Below are positions 50,088-60,700 of a stretch of DNA of 64,000 bases, piece by piece; positions within the stretch are counted from its first letter, which is position 1; each line of letters starts with the position of its first letter. Below the pieces are notes generated by a model. That model was not told where the DNA came from. It worked only from the letters and a program-made list of their open reading frames with translations, and ran no database searches. This stretch comes from Candidatus Dojkabacteria bacterium (GTDB taxonomy: Bacteria; Patescibacteriota; Dojkabacteria; SC72). The stretch is from assembly GCA_012842045.1 (NCBI GenBank), contig DUTP01000001.1:28534-92533 (forward strand), given 5' to 3'. A program made the position numbers and the translations under genes.

Positions 50088-50306
50088 TTACTTCATTCCA
50101 AGAGTCTCTTTGATATCTTCTAACATAGATTCCTTCATCTGTTGTTTAACCAACTCTATCTTGAGACTTTCTAAAGAAGATATACATGCTTGAAGTTGAG
50201 TCATTACCCTAGTATCACTATCACCCTTAACTATCATATTCTTAACACCACTCACCTGCCCTTCAACTCTCTTAATTCTATTCTGTATTTTTACTGGGTA
50301 TTTCAT
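50088..50306 (-). CDS. CsoR/RcnR/FrmR-family (DUF156) transcriptional repressor-like protein
   Basis: RIKRVEGQVSGVKNMI ... QLQACISSL matches the family core (RL+RIEGQVRG), though the usual Cys/His ligand set is not obvious. Confidence 0.5.
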   Translation of the reverse strand: MKYPVKIQNRIKRVEGQVSGVKNMIVKGDSDTRVMTQLQACISSLESLKIELVKQQMKESMLEDIKETLGMK

Positions 50307-50396
50307 AATAGTAAAGTTTAATCTAAACCCAATGGAACTGTCAAATAAAAAGAGAGGTCTTTCAACCTCTCTCTCAATTCCAAATCAACCTATCTA

Positions 50397-50738
50397 CTAA
50401 TCATTAGAAGCATAAGGAAGTAAAGCCATATACCTAGCTCTTTTTACAGCTAACTTAACCTGTCTTTGATGCTTATGACATACTCCAGACTTCTCTGTAG
50501 AAATCATTTTACCCTTAACTGAGGTAAACTTCTTTAACTGGTAAACATCTTTGTACGTAACTTCTTTAACTCCAGATTCACAAAGAGGACACTTTAAGTT
50601 TTGAATAATTCTTCTCTTTCTTCTGGGTTTCTTCTTCTGCATAGTATAACCATCTTCCTCTGTTATACTCTTGTCATCATAAACATCATTTAAAGAAACT
50701 GTATTTTCCATTTCTTTATCTTTTACTTCCTCTGACAT
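50397..50738 (-). CDS. rpsR: 30S ribosomal protein S18 (with N-terminal extension)
   Basis: YKDVYQLKKF..S..GKMIS ... QRQVKLAVKRARYMALLPY S18 signature. rpsF-ssb-rpsR arrangement. Confidence 0.85.
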   Translation of the reverse strand: MSEEVKDKEMENTVSLNDVYDDKSITEEDGYTMQKKKPRRKRRIIQNLKCPLCESGVKEVTYKDVYQLKKFTSVKGKMISTEKSGVCHKHQRQVKLAVKRARYMALLPYASND

Positions 50739-50757
50739 TCCTTAAATAGTAACTAAA

Positions 50758-51237
50758 TTAAAATGGTAAATCCTCTTCTAAAGGATCCTGGTCTTCCTGT
50801 TCTTCTACTTCTTCTTCCTTATCCTCTTTTTTAGACTTCTTCTCTACTTTCTCGTCTTCCTTAGGAGCTTCGCTGTCATCTATTCCTGCTCCCTGCTTTC
50901 CCTTACTGTCTAAAAGAATCATATCCTCAACTCTAATCTCTGTTTTATATCTTGTAGAACCATCCTCTGCTTCCCAAGACCTAGTATTCAAAGAACCTTC
51001 GACATATACCTTCATACCTTTTGCAAGTAACTGCTGACAAATCTCAGCCATCTTATTCCATGCAACTAAGTTGTGGAATTCTGCTAACTCTTTTGTCTCT
51101 CCCTCTTCATCCTTCCATGACTTGTTTGTAGCCATGCCGAATGTCACAACTGGGACACCAGAGTTTGTATACCTCATCTCTGGGTCTCTTGTTAGATTCC
51201 CTATTAAGGTAACCTTATTTAACGATCTTACCGCCAT
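50758..51237 (-). CDS. ssb: Single-stranded DNA-binding protein
   Basis: OB-fold N-terminus LNKVTLIGNLTRDPEMRYT and acidic C-terminal tail ending EEDLPF. Confidence 0.9.
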   Translation of the reverse strand: MAVRSLNKVTLIGNLTRDPEMRYTNSGVPVVTFGMATNKSWKDEEGETKELAEFHNLVAWNKMAEICQQLLAKGMKVYVEGSLNTRSWEAEDGSTRYKTEIRVEDMILLDSKGKQGAGIDDSEAPKEDEKVEKKSKKEDKEEEVEEQEDQDPLEEDLPF

Positions 51238-51297
51238 ATGTTTAAAAATAATAATTTAACTTACCTATAACTATACCTTACAATTATTAAATCTAGA

Positions 51298-51642
51298 TTA
51301 AATCTCAATTTCTTTCTTCTTTATACTTTTCCTTACCTTACCAGCATTTTCCAACTTAATTACCATAAATTTCAAAACTTCTTGCTTCAATTGCATAGTC
51401 CTCTTGATTTCTGCAATATATTCTGGACCTATCTTAAAGTCATAAATTATGTAATAACCTTCATTATGACCTTTGATAGGATATGCTAGATATCTTTTTC
51501 CCCAAACATCAGCATCTAAAACCTCTCCTCCAGATTCTTGAACAAATGCTACAAACTCTTTGTGCAACTTCTTTCTCAAATCATCAGGTAACAAAGGCTT
51601 AAGAGCCAACATCATCTCGTAATCGTTCAATTCTTTACTCAC
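51298..51642 (-). CDS. rpsF: 30S ribosomal protein S6
   Basis: YEMMLALKP N-terminus and S6 fold length; heads the rpsF-ssb-rpsR cluster. Confidence 0.85.
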   Translation of the reverse strand: MSKELNDYEMMLALKPLLPDDLRKKLHKEFVAFVQESGGEVLDADVWGKRYLAYPIKGHNEGYYIIYDFKIGPEYIAEIKRTMQLKQEVLKFMVIKLENAGKVRKSIKKKEIEI

Positions 51643-51721
51643 CTTTCATAATATTTATTAAATTAACACTGAAGGATTTTAGCAGAAAATATAAAAGAAG
51701 ACAACAGGATAGCATTACCTA

Positions 51722-52825
51722 TTAATTAGCCAGTACTAGCATATAATCACCATCTTCAATAATATGCTCTTTCCCTACGTTCTTTACAATCCCCTTCTCC
51801 TTGGCTTCTGCCCAACCACCAGCATCAATCATATCATCCACATTCACGATATCTGCCGTTATAAAACCATGTTCTAAATCTGTATGGATAGCACCAGCAG
51901 CTTCCTTAGCAGTAGCACCTCTCTGTATACACCAAGCATTACATTCTTTCTGTGAACCAGTATAGAAAGTCAAAAGATCTAATGTGTCATAAGCAGCTTT
52001 AATAACATCATCCACGAGACTAGGTTTTTCATCTAACATACTCACATACTCCTCAATCTCTTTATCTGACATATTAGCCATCTCTCCTATAAACTTAACA
52101 TCCACTATCAAAACCCTATCACCTGTCTTCTCCTCTAATTCCTTTTTCCACTCCTCCACCTTCTCTCTTGCAATACCTTCCTTGTAATTAAGGATAAATA
52201 TTCTCTTTTTGTTTGTAAGAAGGAAAAGGTCATAAATAATCTCCTGTTCTTCTTCTTTCAACTTCATATCAATAACTGGGATACCCTCATTAAGAGCATT
52301 CATCACTTTCTCTAAAACTGTATACTCCTTAACCCCTTTCTCATCTCCAACCCTCTTTAATTTCTCCACAGTATGTAACCTCTTCTCTACACTCTCAATA
52401 TCTTTTAATATCAATTCTGATTGTACTATCTCAAAGTCTTCTACCGGATTAATCCTTTCATACACATGAACTATATTTGAACTTTCAAAAGCTCTAAGAA
52501 CATACATAATGACATCAACCTCTCTAATATGAGAGAGGAATTGATTCCCTAATCCCTCTCCCTTAGATGCTCCCTGTACAAGACCTGCAATATCTACAAA
52601 TGTCATAGCAGATGGTACAACCTTTTCAGCCTTAAAATGCTCAGCCATTCTCTTAAGTCTCTCATCTGGAATTTCTACTACTCCCACATTCTTATCTATC
52701 GTACAGAAAGGGAAGTTAGCAGCAGGAACACTTAGTTTTGTAATTGCATTAAAAATTGTAGACTTCCCAACATTTGGTAATCCTACAACTCCTAATGATA
52801 GTGAATGAGATCGTTTAATTGACAT
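51722..52825 (-). CDS. ychF: Ribosome-binding ATPase YchF (Obg-family P-loop NTPase with TGS domain)
   Basis: GVVGLPNVGKSTIFNA G1 motif, NFPFCTID G2 motif, coiled-coil insert and C-terminal TGS domain. Confidence 0.85.
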   Translation of the reverse strand: MSIKRSHSLSLGVVGLPNVGKSTIFNAITKLSVPAANFPFCTIDKNVGVVEIPDERLKRMAEHFKAEKVVPSAMTFVDIAGLVQGASKGEGLGNQFLSHIREVDVIMYVLRAFESSNIVHVYERINPVEDFEIVQSELILKDIESVEKRLHTVEKLKRVGDEKGVKEYTVLEKVMNALNEGIPVIDMKLKEEEQEIIYDLFLLTNKKRIFILNYKEGIAREKVEEWKKELEEKTGDRVLIVDVKFIGEMANMSDKEIEEYVSMLDEKPSLVDDVIKAAYDTLDLLTFYTGSQKECNAWCIQRGATAKEAAGAIHTDLEHGFITADIVNVDDMIDAGGWAEAKEKGIVKNVGKEHIIEDGDYMLVLAN

Positions 52826-53034
52826 AGTCTGAATTATACCACATTCAATAAGGTTACCTTGAGCATTTAATTGTGTGTAGAAAGAACTATCTCTGTTTTT
52901 TAAAGAATATTTAACATACTATGAGTAAACTAAAAACCTCTAATACATTAAATATCTATACGAAAAAGGTTATAGTTCTTTCTAACACTCCTTTTTTGCT
53001 CAAGGTAACCTCATTGTGATAATATGGTATTCAT

Positions 53035-54867
53035 ATGAACCCAAAAACCACAACAAAAATAGCCACAGTAATCCTAACCACAATATCACTACTCCTACTA
53101 CCAAAACTTGTATATGCACAGAAACAGGCCGACTTTATCATCAACACCTACACAAAAATTCACTACACAACAGGACAGGATTTTGTAACTGTTGTAAGCA
53201 ATTATGAGAAGAAAGTTGAGAACGGTACTTTCTACTTAACAAAAGAAGGAGAAAAAGTCTTCCATATTCCAGATTTAGAAAAGGATATTGATAATATTGA
53301 GAAAGAGAGAAAATTTAAACAAGACAACTTAACTGTAACAGATATGAATAAAAACCCCATTAAGTACAGTGTTGAACAACTGACTCTTGGACAAGGAATG
53401 TACGTACATGTCCCTCATTACAGAGAAACAACAAAATCAATGCCCTACTCTATTATTATGACATATAAAACACATGACAATATCATTAAAGCTGGAAGAT
53501 TAGTAACATTAATTGGATCCGCTATACCAGAAAACACTCAAAAAGAAAAAGATGATATTAAAAGTGGTACAACTACCTCGTTGAACTACTATTTCTCCTT
53601 TGTTGTAGATGAGAACATACCCACATTAGCAAAAGCATATCCTAAATTTACCAAAAAGAAAGAAGACAACTTAACATATTACAATTTTAGTACAGAAGAG
53701 AGAAAGTCTGCCTCACCGACACTAGAATTTGGGACTGATGTGATATATCGCTTTGAGTTAGAGTATAAAACTCCCAAGACAGATTCTTTCATACCTGAGG
53801 AATATGCAGGACTGTTTAAAGCCCTTTCTACAAATATATACGAGATGTCTTTACCAAGAGAATATTCAGAAACCAATCAAGAAGTATGGATCGATACTAT
53901 ATCTCCTACACCAAAAAATATCTTTCGGAATAGAGAAGGAAATGTAATAGCTTCATTTGAGGTACCATCAAATAAAGAAGATATAATCAAAGTATCAGGA
54001 TACATTCGACAGAGTAAGCAACCATACACAGTAAACCATCTAGAGAAACTAAATATTGATTTTAAAGAATATTTAGAAAAAATTGGTCAAGACAAAGGGA
54101 ATATTAAATATTTAACTTCTACTAAGTATTGGGAAATAGGAGACCCTTTTATACAAGACGCTGCAGCATCACTACTCAAAGGAAAGAAAACTCTGTTTGA
54201 GGTGGTAGATGCTAATTATGAATATGTCAACGAGAAATTAACATATGATGAAGAGAAGGCAAATTCAGAAAATACTAGAATTGGTGCGGTCAATGCACTT
54301 GCTGGTGGTGCTTCTGTCTGTATGGAGTATGCAGATTCTATGATTGCTTTGCTAAGAGCACAGGGAATACCTGCTAGAGCAGCTTTAGGATATGCCAATA
54401 TTATGGATACAGAGAGAGTACAAGTGAGACATCAGTGGGTACAGATTTGGATCCCTGACCATGGTTGGTTTAGCATTGATCCAACATTTGAGAGTAAGAA
54501 TAGAAAGATGGGACAAATGATTGACAGAGTTCTTTGGGAGACATTTTACGATGATTCCCTCTCTAATATAAGTATTTTTTCCATAAATGATGAGGATAGC
54601 TTCTCTGAAGACAATTACAAGGTAGAAATCTTTGCTGTTGATAATATGTCTGGTGGAAATATGAAAAAATATAATGAGATAATCCCAGAAACAAATATTG
54701 ATGATGAAGCAAGATATAATATGGTCACTAAATCTAATTCTTTCTTAAAAACCACCGTATTAGGAAGAGCTTTACTAGTCACAGCCCCTGTAATAGTACT
54801 AATTATCTTTATGACTATTCTAATTGCTCTAATTAAGAAAGTTATTAGAAGAGAAAAAAAGAAATAG
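53035..54867 (+). CDS. Secreted, membrane-anchored transglutaminase-like cysteine-protease-domain protein
   Basis: Signal peptide. Cys-His-Asp triad context GASVCMEYADSMIALLRAQGIPAR ... RHQWVQIWIP ... SIDPT. C-terminal TM and basic tail. Confidence 0.7.
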   Translation: MNPKTTTKIATVILTTISLLLLPKLVYAQKQADFIINTYTKIHYTTGQDFVTVVSNYEKKVENGTFYLTKEGEKVFHIPDLEKDIDNIEKERKFKQDNLTVTDMNKNPIKYSVEQLTLGQGMYVHVPHYRETTKSMPYSIIMTYKTHDNIIKAGRLVTLIGSAIPENTQKEKDDIKSGTTTSLNYYFSFVVDENIPTLAKAYPKFTKKKEDNLTYYNFSTEERKSASPTLEFGTDVIYRFELEYKTPKTDSFIPEEYAGLFKALSTNIYEMSLPREYSETNQEVWIDTISPTPKNIFRNREGNVIASFEVPSNKEDIIKVSGYIRQSKQPYTVNHLEKLNIDFKEYLEKIGQDKGNIKYLTSTKYWEIGDPFIQDAAASLLKGKKTLFEVVDANYEYVNEKLTYDEEKANSENTRIGAVNALAGGASVCMEYADSMIALLRAQGIPARAALGYANIMDTERVQVRHQWVQIWIPDHGWFSIDPTFESKNRKMGQMIDRVLWETFYDDSLSNISIFSINDEDSFSEDNYKVEIFAVDNMSGGNMKKYNEIIPETNIDDEARYNMVTKSNSFLKTTVLGRALLVTAPVIVLIIFMTILIALIKKVIRREKKK

Positions 54868-54872
54868 TTTTC

Positions 54873-56384
54873 CTACTTAAATCGATAAAGCTTGTCAACA
54901 TTGAACATTCTCTTACCATTCTCAAGTCTATTCTCTGTTTGTGCATATATAGTTATAAGAGGTTCTCCTTTCTTAACACTCTCTCCTGGCATCTTATGAA
55001 CTCGAATACCAGCAGCTTTTACTTTTGGATTACCTAAAACCCTAGCAATACTCACCAGAGTCACATTATCTATAGTTGCAACAACTCCATCCCTATCTGA
55101 AAGCATGTCAGCACTAAGCCCAGCATCCTTTATCTCTGTAGAATGAATCTCTCTTGTAGCACCTTGTGCAAATGCTATCTCCCAAAACTTCTTTAATGCC
55201 TGCTTACTGTCAAGAATGCTTCGAGCAAACTTTTTACCCTGCCCCTTACCTGTTTTACCTGTCTGTTCAAACAACATACCTGCCATATCAAGAATAACCT
55301 TCTCTAATTCTATACACCTGTTCTCTGCCCTCTCTAATATTCTCAACGCTTCCCTTATCTCTGCATTCGGACCTATACTCCTCCCATCAGGACCCTTAAC
55401 CAATCTCCTTATCGTTTCACACTTAATACCAAATTTTTGGAAAAGTTTCCTGAATTCTCTATCTAACATAGATACATCATCAGGATTTTCAACTTTAGAA
55501 CCTTTGCCATATGGGAGATCTATTAATATATGAGTTATACCCATAGAGATTTTCTTGGCAACAATACTCACTAAAACCTTTTGGAATTCTTGAATTCTAA
55601 GAGACCTTTCTACATTGATAATAACATCATCCGCTGGAGAAAGTTGCAATGATCCTCCCCAGAACATACATCCTCCTGTTTTCTTCACGGTTTCATAAAC
55701 CTTATCCTTTGTTAAAGCCACAGGCATCACAACTTCTAAAATATCTGTTGTTCCTGCTGGTGAGGTAATAGCTCTAGTTGAAGTATTTGGAACAATCAAA
55801 CCTCCCGAGACTAGAATAGGGATCAATGTTGGGGTAATAGCTTTTCCTGCGACACCACCAATAGAGTGCTTATCAGCAACAATCTCTTCTCCTTCCCTGA
55901 TATTCTTGAAATCCATAGAGTCTCCTGATTCGGCCATACCCTTTGTCATCCAGTAAATTTCTTCTTCATTAAACCCTGGATTGAAGAAAGTCGAAACAAA
56001 GAAAGCAACTTCCGTTTCCCTAAGCTTCCTACTCCCTATATCTTTCATAATATTCTCAAGATCTTCCTTAGCAAGAGGTTGCCCTAGAAGCTTTTTACTT
56101 ATAGCTTCCAAAGACTGACTGACTTGAGGAATATCAATAAAGATAGAGGCTTCATCAGGAATATGATACTCATCCCAAAGTTCTTCAAACAGCCCTATCT
56201 CTCCTTCTTGAACCTTCGTTAATGTCTCCAGTACCGTTGCATACAACTCCAGTTCCCCATAACCAACCAAAACATTCTCTCCCTCCTTAACCCCTATTCT
56301 CTCAGCATCTTTTCTGTGCAAAATTACATTAAAATCATTATCTTGTCCTATATCCAAATTTTTCCCTTTTAAGTAGAGTGCCAT
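54873..56384 (-). CDS. AMP phosphorylase (archaeal-type DeoA homologue, thymidine phosphorylase family II)
   Basis: 503 aa with N-terminal extension. HSIGGVAGKAIT, SSRAITSPAGTTD and WGGSLQLSPADD motifs align with characterised AMP phosphorylases rather than 440-aa thymidine phosphorylases. Confidence 0.8.
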   Translation of the reverse strand: MALYLKGKNLDIGQDNDFNVILHRKDAERIGVKEGENVLVGYGELELYATVLETLTKVQEGEIGLFEELWDEYHIPDEASIFIDIPQVSQSLEAISKKLLGQPLAKEDLENIMKDIGSRKLRETEVAFFVSTFFNPGFNEEEIYWMTKGMAESGDSMDFKNIREGEEIVADKHSIGGVAGKAITPTLIPILVSGGLIVPNTSTRAITSPAGTTDILEVVMPVALTKDKVYETVKKTGGCMFWGGSLQLSPADDVIINVERSLRIQEFQKVLVSIVAKKISMGITHILIDLPYGKGSKVENPDDVSMLDREFRKLFQKFGIKCETIRRLVKGPDGRSIGPNAEIREALRILERAENRCIELEKVILDMAGMLFEQTGKTGKGQGKKFARSILDSKQALKKFWEIAFAQGATREIHSTEIKDAGLSADMLSDRDGVVATIDNVTLVSIARVLGNPKVKAAGIRVHKMPGESVKKGEPLITIYAQTENRLENGKRMFNVDKLYRFK

Positions 56385-56400
56385 ATTAAAAACACTAATA

Positions 56401-57360
56401 TTATTTAATTACCATATTATCAAAAATCCAAGGGTATTTCTCCTTAACTAAATCTCTAATATTATTAGGGGAAACCATACCAAATTCTGTCAAGTATCCT
56501 GTTATCAATACAGAGTCAACAATCTCAAATGCTGGATTATACATATGCAAACCTTTAGGAGCATCTTCCCAAAGTTCTTTATCCTCCCTAACTTCAATCT
56601 TCACAGTATCTAGAAACGAGGTTGGGTCAATCTTCAACAAAGGGGTTACAACATAGAGAGACTTACCTGCATAGTATGATGCCATTGCTATTCCCCAACT
56701 CCCTATCTTGTTAATCGTATGACCCTCGGCAGTAATCTGGTCACATCCAATGAAAACAGCATCTATTTTTACACTACCTCTACCAATTATGAAAGATTCC
56801 GCTGCACTATCTGCAATAAAAGTTGTCTTAACACCTGCTTCTAACATACTTTTAGCTGTCTTTCGACCTTGATATCTTGGTCTAGTTTCTGTGCATACGA
56901 CTTCAAAATCAGGATCTCCTTTCCCTATAATTTTCATAACCGCAACAGCAGTTGAAGAATGACAGTGCGTAAACATCTTATCTATATATGTAAGATTTTT
57001 TGCATTTTGAGCAATCAAATCTTTTTTAGTAGATGCTATCAGCTCTAAGTACTCATCACACAACGCTATCAACTCTTGTTTCATGACCGAAAGTTCTGGT
57101 AAAACAGGAAATCTCTCTTTAAAAAAATGAAGAATATATGTTACACCATTTCTTGCAAGTGGTTCATTATCTCTAGCAAGGGCTAACTCCCATCCAACCC
57201 TACTCAATTCAGAGAAAAGCTCATCTTTGTCTGTTTCCTCAGTTTTTTCAAGATAGATTTTCATACCTTCAAAAGTTGAAATAGCTACATTAGTAGCACC
57301 TTGAATGTTCAACTTTTGTATATCATCAAAAATCTTTTTTACTTCAGGATACTCCTTCAT
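56401..57360 (-). CDS. Ribose-1,5-bisphosphate isomerase (eIF-2B alpha/beta/delta-like, e2b2 family)
   Basis: eIF-2B-like fold motifs (GATNVAIS, CHSSTA, TETRPRYQGR, IGCDQITAEG). Adjacent to the AMP phosphorylase. Confidence 0.75.
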   Translation of the reverse strand: MKEYPEVKKIFDDIQKLNIQGATNVAISTFEGMKIYLEKTEETDKDELFSELSRVGWELALARDNEPLARNGVTYILHFFKERFPVLPELSVMKQELIALCDEYLELIASTKKDLIAQNAKNLTYIDKMFTHCHSSTAVAVMKIIGKGDPDFEVVCTETRPRYQGRKTAKSMLEAGVKTTFIADSAAESFIIGRGSVKIDAVFIGCDQITAEGHTINKIGSWGIAMASYYAGKSLYVVTPLLKIDPTSFLDTVKIEVREDKELWEDAPKGLHMYNPAFEIVDSVLITGYLTEFGMVSPNNIRDLVKEKYPWIFDNMVIK

Positions 57361-57373
57361 AGGTATTGCAAAA

Positions 57374-58777
57374 TTAATCTAATTTAACACTCTCCATATA
57401 CTCAGGTATATATATTTCATTATTAAACTCCTGCCTAAGATTCTCTGCAAAAGCATCTATTATCTCACTATCTCCATGCACCAAAAAAATCTTTCTAGGT
57501 GTATGCCCAAAACTCCTTAACCAATACCTGAGATCTCTTTGATCTCCATGTCCAGAAAAACCATTCAGTGTATATAATTTTGCATTGTTTTGATATTCCT
57601 GTCCATGTATTTTTACTGTCTTCTCTCCATCCACTATTCTTCTACCTAAAGTACCAGCAACTTGATAGCCAACAATCACAAGATGTGTCTTTGGATCTTC
57701 TATATTATTTTTTAGATGATGAAGTATCCTACCTCCTGTACACATTCCACTTCCTGCAATTATGACAACACCTTGTTTAGATACTAACCTCCTAGATTCC
57801 TCTGTACTTTCAATTTTTCTAAAACCAGGAAAATCAAAAGGGTCATCCCCTTTCTCTATTAACCTCTTCGCATCTGTATCATAGAAATCTGGATACTGTC
57901 TAAATATTTCTGTAGCTTTAACAGCCATAGGACTGTCTAAATATACTGGCATATTTTCTAATAGTTTCTTTTCAACAAACAGATTTAACTCATAGAGAAG
58001 CTCCTGAGTCCTCTCAATTGCAAAAGATGGGATCAGAACATTACCTTGTACTTTTTGAGCGCTATGCAGAGCTTCTAATAGCTCTAGAACTGTCTCATTT
58101 CTATCCTTGTGATATCTATTTCCATATGTAGACTCACAGATGACATAGTCTGCCTCTCTTATCAGATCTGGGTCTCTTACAATTCTAGCACCAGGCTGCC
58201 CTAAGTCTCCTGAGAAAACCAATTTTCTCAATCTATCTGCTTCATTTTTAGCCCAAACTTCAAAGATAGAAGACCCTAAGATATGACCAGCATCTCTCAT
58301 TCTTACTTCTAGAGTATCTTGAGAAAGATTTACAGAAGTATTGTATGGATATACTTCAAAATACTTCATTGTTTCTTCGACATCTTGTTCTGTAAAAAGG
58401 GGCTTCTGAACACCTTCATCAGAGGAGCTCTTTTTTGCTTGTGCCATCCATCTCTTACTCTCCTCCTCTTGAAGTTTAGCGGAATCTAAAAGTATTATCT
58501 TTGTTAAATCCCTGGTAGGTTGTGTTGATATTATTCTCCCTTTAAAACCCTGCTTGACTAACAAAGGTAATCTCCCACAGTGATCAAAATGTGCATGAGT
58601 AAGAAGGACAAAATCTATATCAGCAGGATTAAAAGGAAAAGGATCATAGTTTTTTTCCTCTATCTCTTCTGCACCTTGAAAAGCACCACAATCTACTAAG
58701 AACTTGAATCTACCTGTATCTACCAAAAAACAGGAACCTGTTACTGTTTTTGTTGCTCCAAGGAACTGTATTGTCAT
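57374..58777 (-). CDS. Metallo-beta-lactamase/beta-CASP family RNA-processing nuclease (RNase J/CPSF-like)
   Basis: HxHxDH motif LLTHAHFDHCG, beta-CASP motifs and C-terminal RMMBL-like region. Confidence 0.75.
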   Translation of the reverse strand: MTIQFLGATKTVTGSCFLVDTGRFKFLVDCGAFQGAEEIEEKNYDPFPFNPADIDFVLLTHAHFDHCGRLPLLVKQGFKGRIISTQPTRDLTKIILLDSAKLQEEESKRWMAQAKKSSSDEGVQKPLFTEQDVEETMKYFEVYPYNTSVNLSQDTLEVRMRDAGHILGSSIFEVWAKNEADRLRKLVFSGDLGQPGARIVRDPDLIREADYVICESTYGNRYHKDRNETVLELLEALHSAQKVQGNVLIPSFAIERTQELLYELNLFVEKKLLENMPVYLDSPMAVKATEIFRQYPDFYDTDAKRLIEKGDDPFDFPGFRKIESTEESRRLVSKQGVVIIAGSGMCTGGRILHHLKNNIEDPKTHLVIVGYQVAGTLGRRIVDGEKTVKIHGQEYQNNAKLYTLNGFSGHGDQRDLRYWLRSFGHTPRKIFLVHGDSEIIDAFAENLRQEFNNEIYIPEYMESVKLD

Positions 58778-58845
58778 ACGGGCAGATTAGAATATCAAAT
58801 ATTACTTACTGTAATATAATACTACAGTCAAAAGGGTAAGTAAAA

Positions 58846-59274
58846 TTATTTCCCTGTAGAACCAAAACCACCTTCTCCTCTCTCTGTTTCTTCCAGCTCA
58901 TCAGCAACTTCAAGATTATCTTTAAGTGAGAGACATGGAACAACAACTATTTGAGCAAATCTTTCAGTATCGGTTAAGACAATACCACTCTTTGATGTAT
59001 TTATCACCTGAGCAATCACTTCACCTCTGTAATCACTATCTATCACTCCAACAGAGTTTTTTAACATGAGACCTTTCTTACCAAAAGAAGACCTAACAAA
59101 GAGTAGACCAACATATCCTTTAGGTATTTCTAAGTACACTCCAGTATGTATCTCTGCACTCTCATTCGGTTTTACTACAATATCTTTCTCTGTCTTTACT
59201 TTCAAATCTGCTCCAGCTGAAAACTCTGTTTTTACTTCTGGCAGATATTTTTGATTATCTACTTTAATTTTCAT
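58846..59274 (-). CDS. dut: dUTP diphosphatase
   Basis: dUTPase motifs SAGADL, GVIDSDYRGEV and C-terminal Gly-rich P-loop-like tail. Confidence 0.85.
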   Translation of the reverse strand: MKIKVDNQKYLPEVKTEFSAGADLKVKTEKDIVVKPNESAEIHTGVYLEIPKGYVGLLFVRSSFGKKGLMLKNSVGVIDSDYRGEVIAQVINTSKSGIVLTDTERFAQIVVVPCLSLKDNLEVADELEETERGEGGFGSTGK

Positions 59275-60700
59275 TCTTCTCTTTATTTAACTTAATTGCT
59301 AGTTCTTCCAACTTTTCTCTTGTATTCATCAATGGATCTTCCACTACAATATCCAAAAGTTCTCTCAAAATTTCTCCCATCTTAGGACCTTTCTTAACAC
59401 CTATTTTTTCTAGTTGTTCACCGTTGATTTTTAAATCTGATATTTTTAATGCCATATCCTGCTTTCTTACTTCTGCTATTCTTTGTTGTAAGAGAGTAAC
59501 TTCATCTGGTTTGAATGAGCTATATGGGTTTGATTGTGCATCAGCCATTCTTAATTTGAAAAGATCTTCAATGTTCTCCTCTCCTACTCTTTGTATGAAT
59601 CGTCTTACCGCAGAATCAGACCATTGGTGAAGCTCCACATTCTCAATTTCTTCTTCTGTCATCTCTTCCTTTTTATGTGGATAGTGGAACATATGATTTT
59701 CAATTAGTTTTCTTACTCTCAGTATTTCATTCTTAGGGAACTTCATTCTTTTCATAATTTCTTCTGCCATATCAGCACCCATTCTGTCATGACCATAGAA
59801 GTGTCCATTTCCCATATCTGTTCTAGGTTTTGCAATGTCATGAAGTAATGCAGCTAACTTAACACTATCATGAGCTACATCACATGTTCTCAATGCATGT
59901 TCATAGACATCATGAGCATGAAAGAGTTTCTGTTCTACACCTACTCCCTCTAACAATTCAGGTAGAAAGATAGAGAGAAGACCTGTCCCCCTCATTAACT
60001 CAATGCCTACAGATGGTTTAGGAGAATTAAGTAGCATTTTCATAAATTCATCCCTTATTCTCTCCATGGATATTGATTGTGCAACAGCATTAGCTTCTTT
60101 GATTGCATTAAATGTATCCTCCTCTATATCAAAACCTAATTGAGAAGCCATTCTACAAGCCTTAAAAGACCTCAAACCATCCTCTTTAAACCTCTCTATT
60201 GGAGTACCTACTGCCCTAACCAACTTCCTTTTAATATCCCCTACACCATCAAAAGGATCATAGATTGTAACTTGCTTCTGTTCTTTACCATCATCAAGAT
60301 TAATCTTAGAAAGATCTATTGCCATGGCATTAAAAGTAAAATCTCTCCTTCCCAAATCCTTATCTATCTCGTCTACAAACTCAACTGAACTAGGCCATCT
60401 TCCATCAATATACCCAGCTTCACTTCTAAATGTTGTAACCTCTACCTCATATGTCTCACCATGTTCATCTTGCACAAGAACTATCACTGTACCAAACTTT
60501 GCACCAGTAGAAACAGACCTTGGAAACATATTAAGCATCTCATCAGGTAGAGCATTTGTTGCCAAATCATAATCATGAGGAGTTTTTTTCAAAACAATAT
60601 CTCTAACTGCACCACCAACAAGATATGCTTCAAAACCTTCCTTTAACAGAATTCTTGCTACCTTTTGTACATAATTTGGTAAAAATATTTCTACTTCCAT
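59264..60700 (-). CDS. cca: CCA-adding tRNA nucleotidyltransferase (class II polymerase-beta family with HD domain)
   Basis: GGAVRD nucleotidyltransferase motif with the DxD pair; HD-domain motif HDIAKP. ATG at 60700 preceded by AAGAGGG; the track ORF starts further upstream. Confidence 0.8.
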   Translation of the reverse strand: MEVEIFLPNYVQKVARILLKEGFEAYLVGGAVRDIVLKKTPHDYDLATNALPDEMLNMFPRSVSTGAKFGTVIVLVQDEHGETYEVEVTTFRSEAGYIDGRWPSSVEFVDEIDKDLGRRDFTFNAMAIDLSKINLDDGKEQKQVTIYDPFDGVGDIKRKLVRAVGTPIERFKEDGLRSFKACRMASQLGFDIEEDTFNAIKEANAVAQSISMERIRDEFMKMLLNSPKPSVGIELMRGTGLLSIFLPELLEGVGVEQKLFHAHDVYEHALRTCDVAHDSVKLAALLHDIAKPRTDMGNGHFYGHDRMGADMAEEIMKRMKFPKNEILRVRKLIENHMFHYPHKKEEMTEEEIENVELHQWSDSAVRRFIQRVGEENIEDLFKLRMADAQSNPYSSFKPDEVTLLQQRIAEVRKQDMALKISDLKINGEQLEKIGVKKGPKMGEILRELLDIVVEDPLMNTREKLEELAIKLNKEKNEN

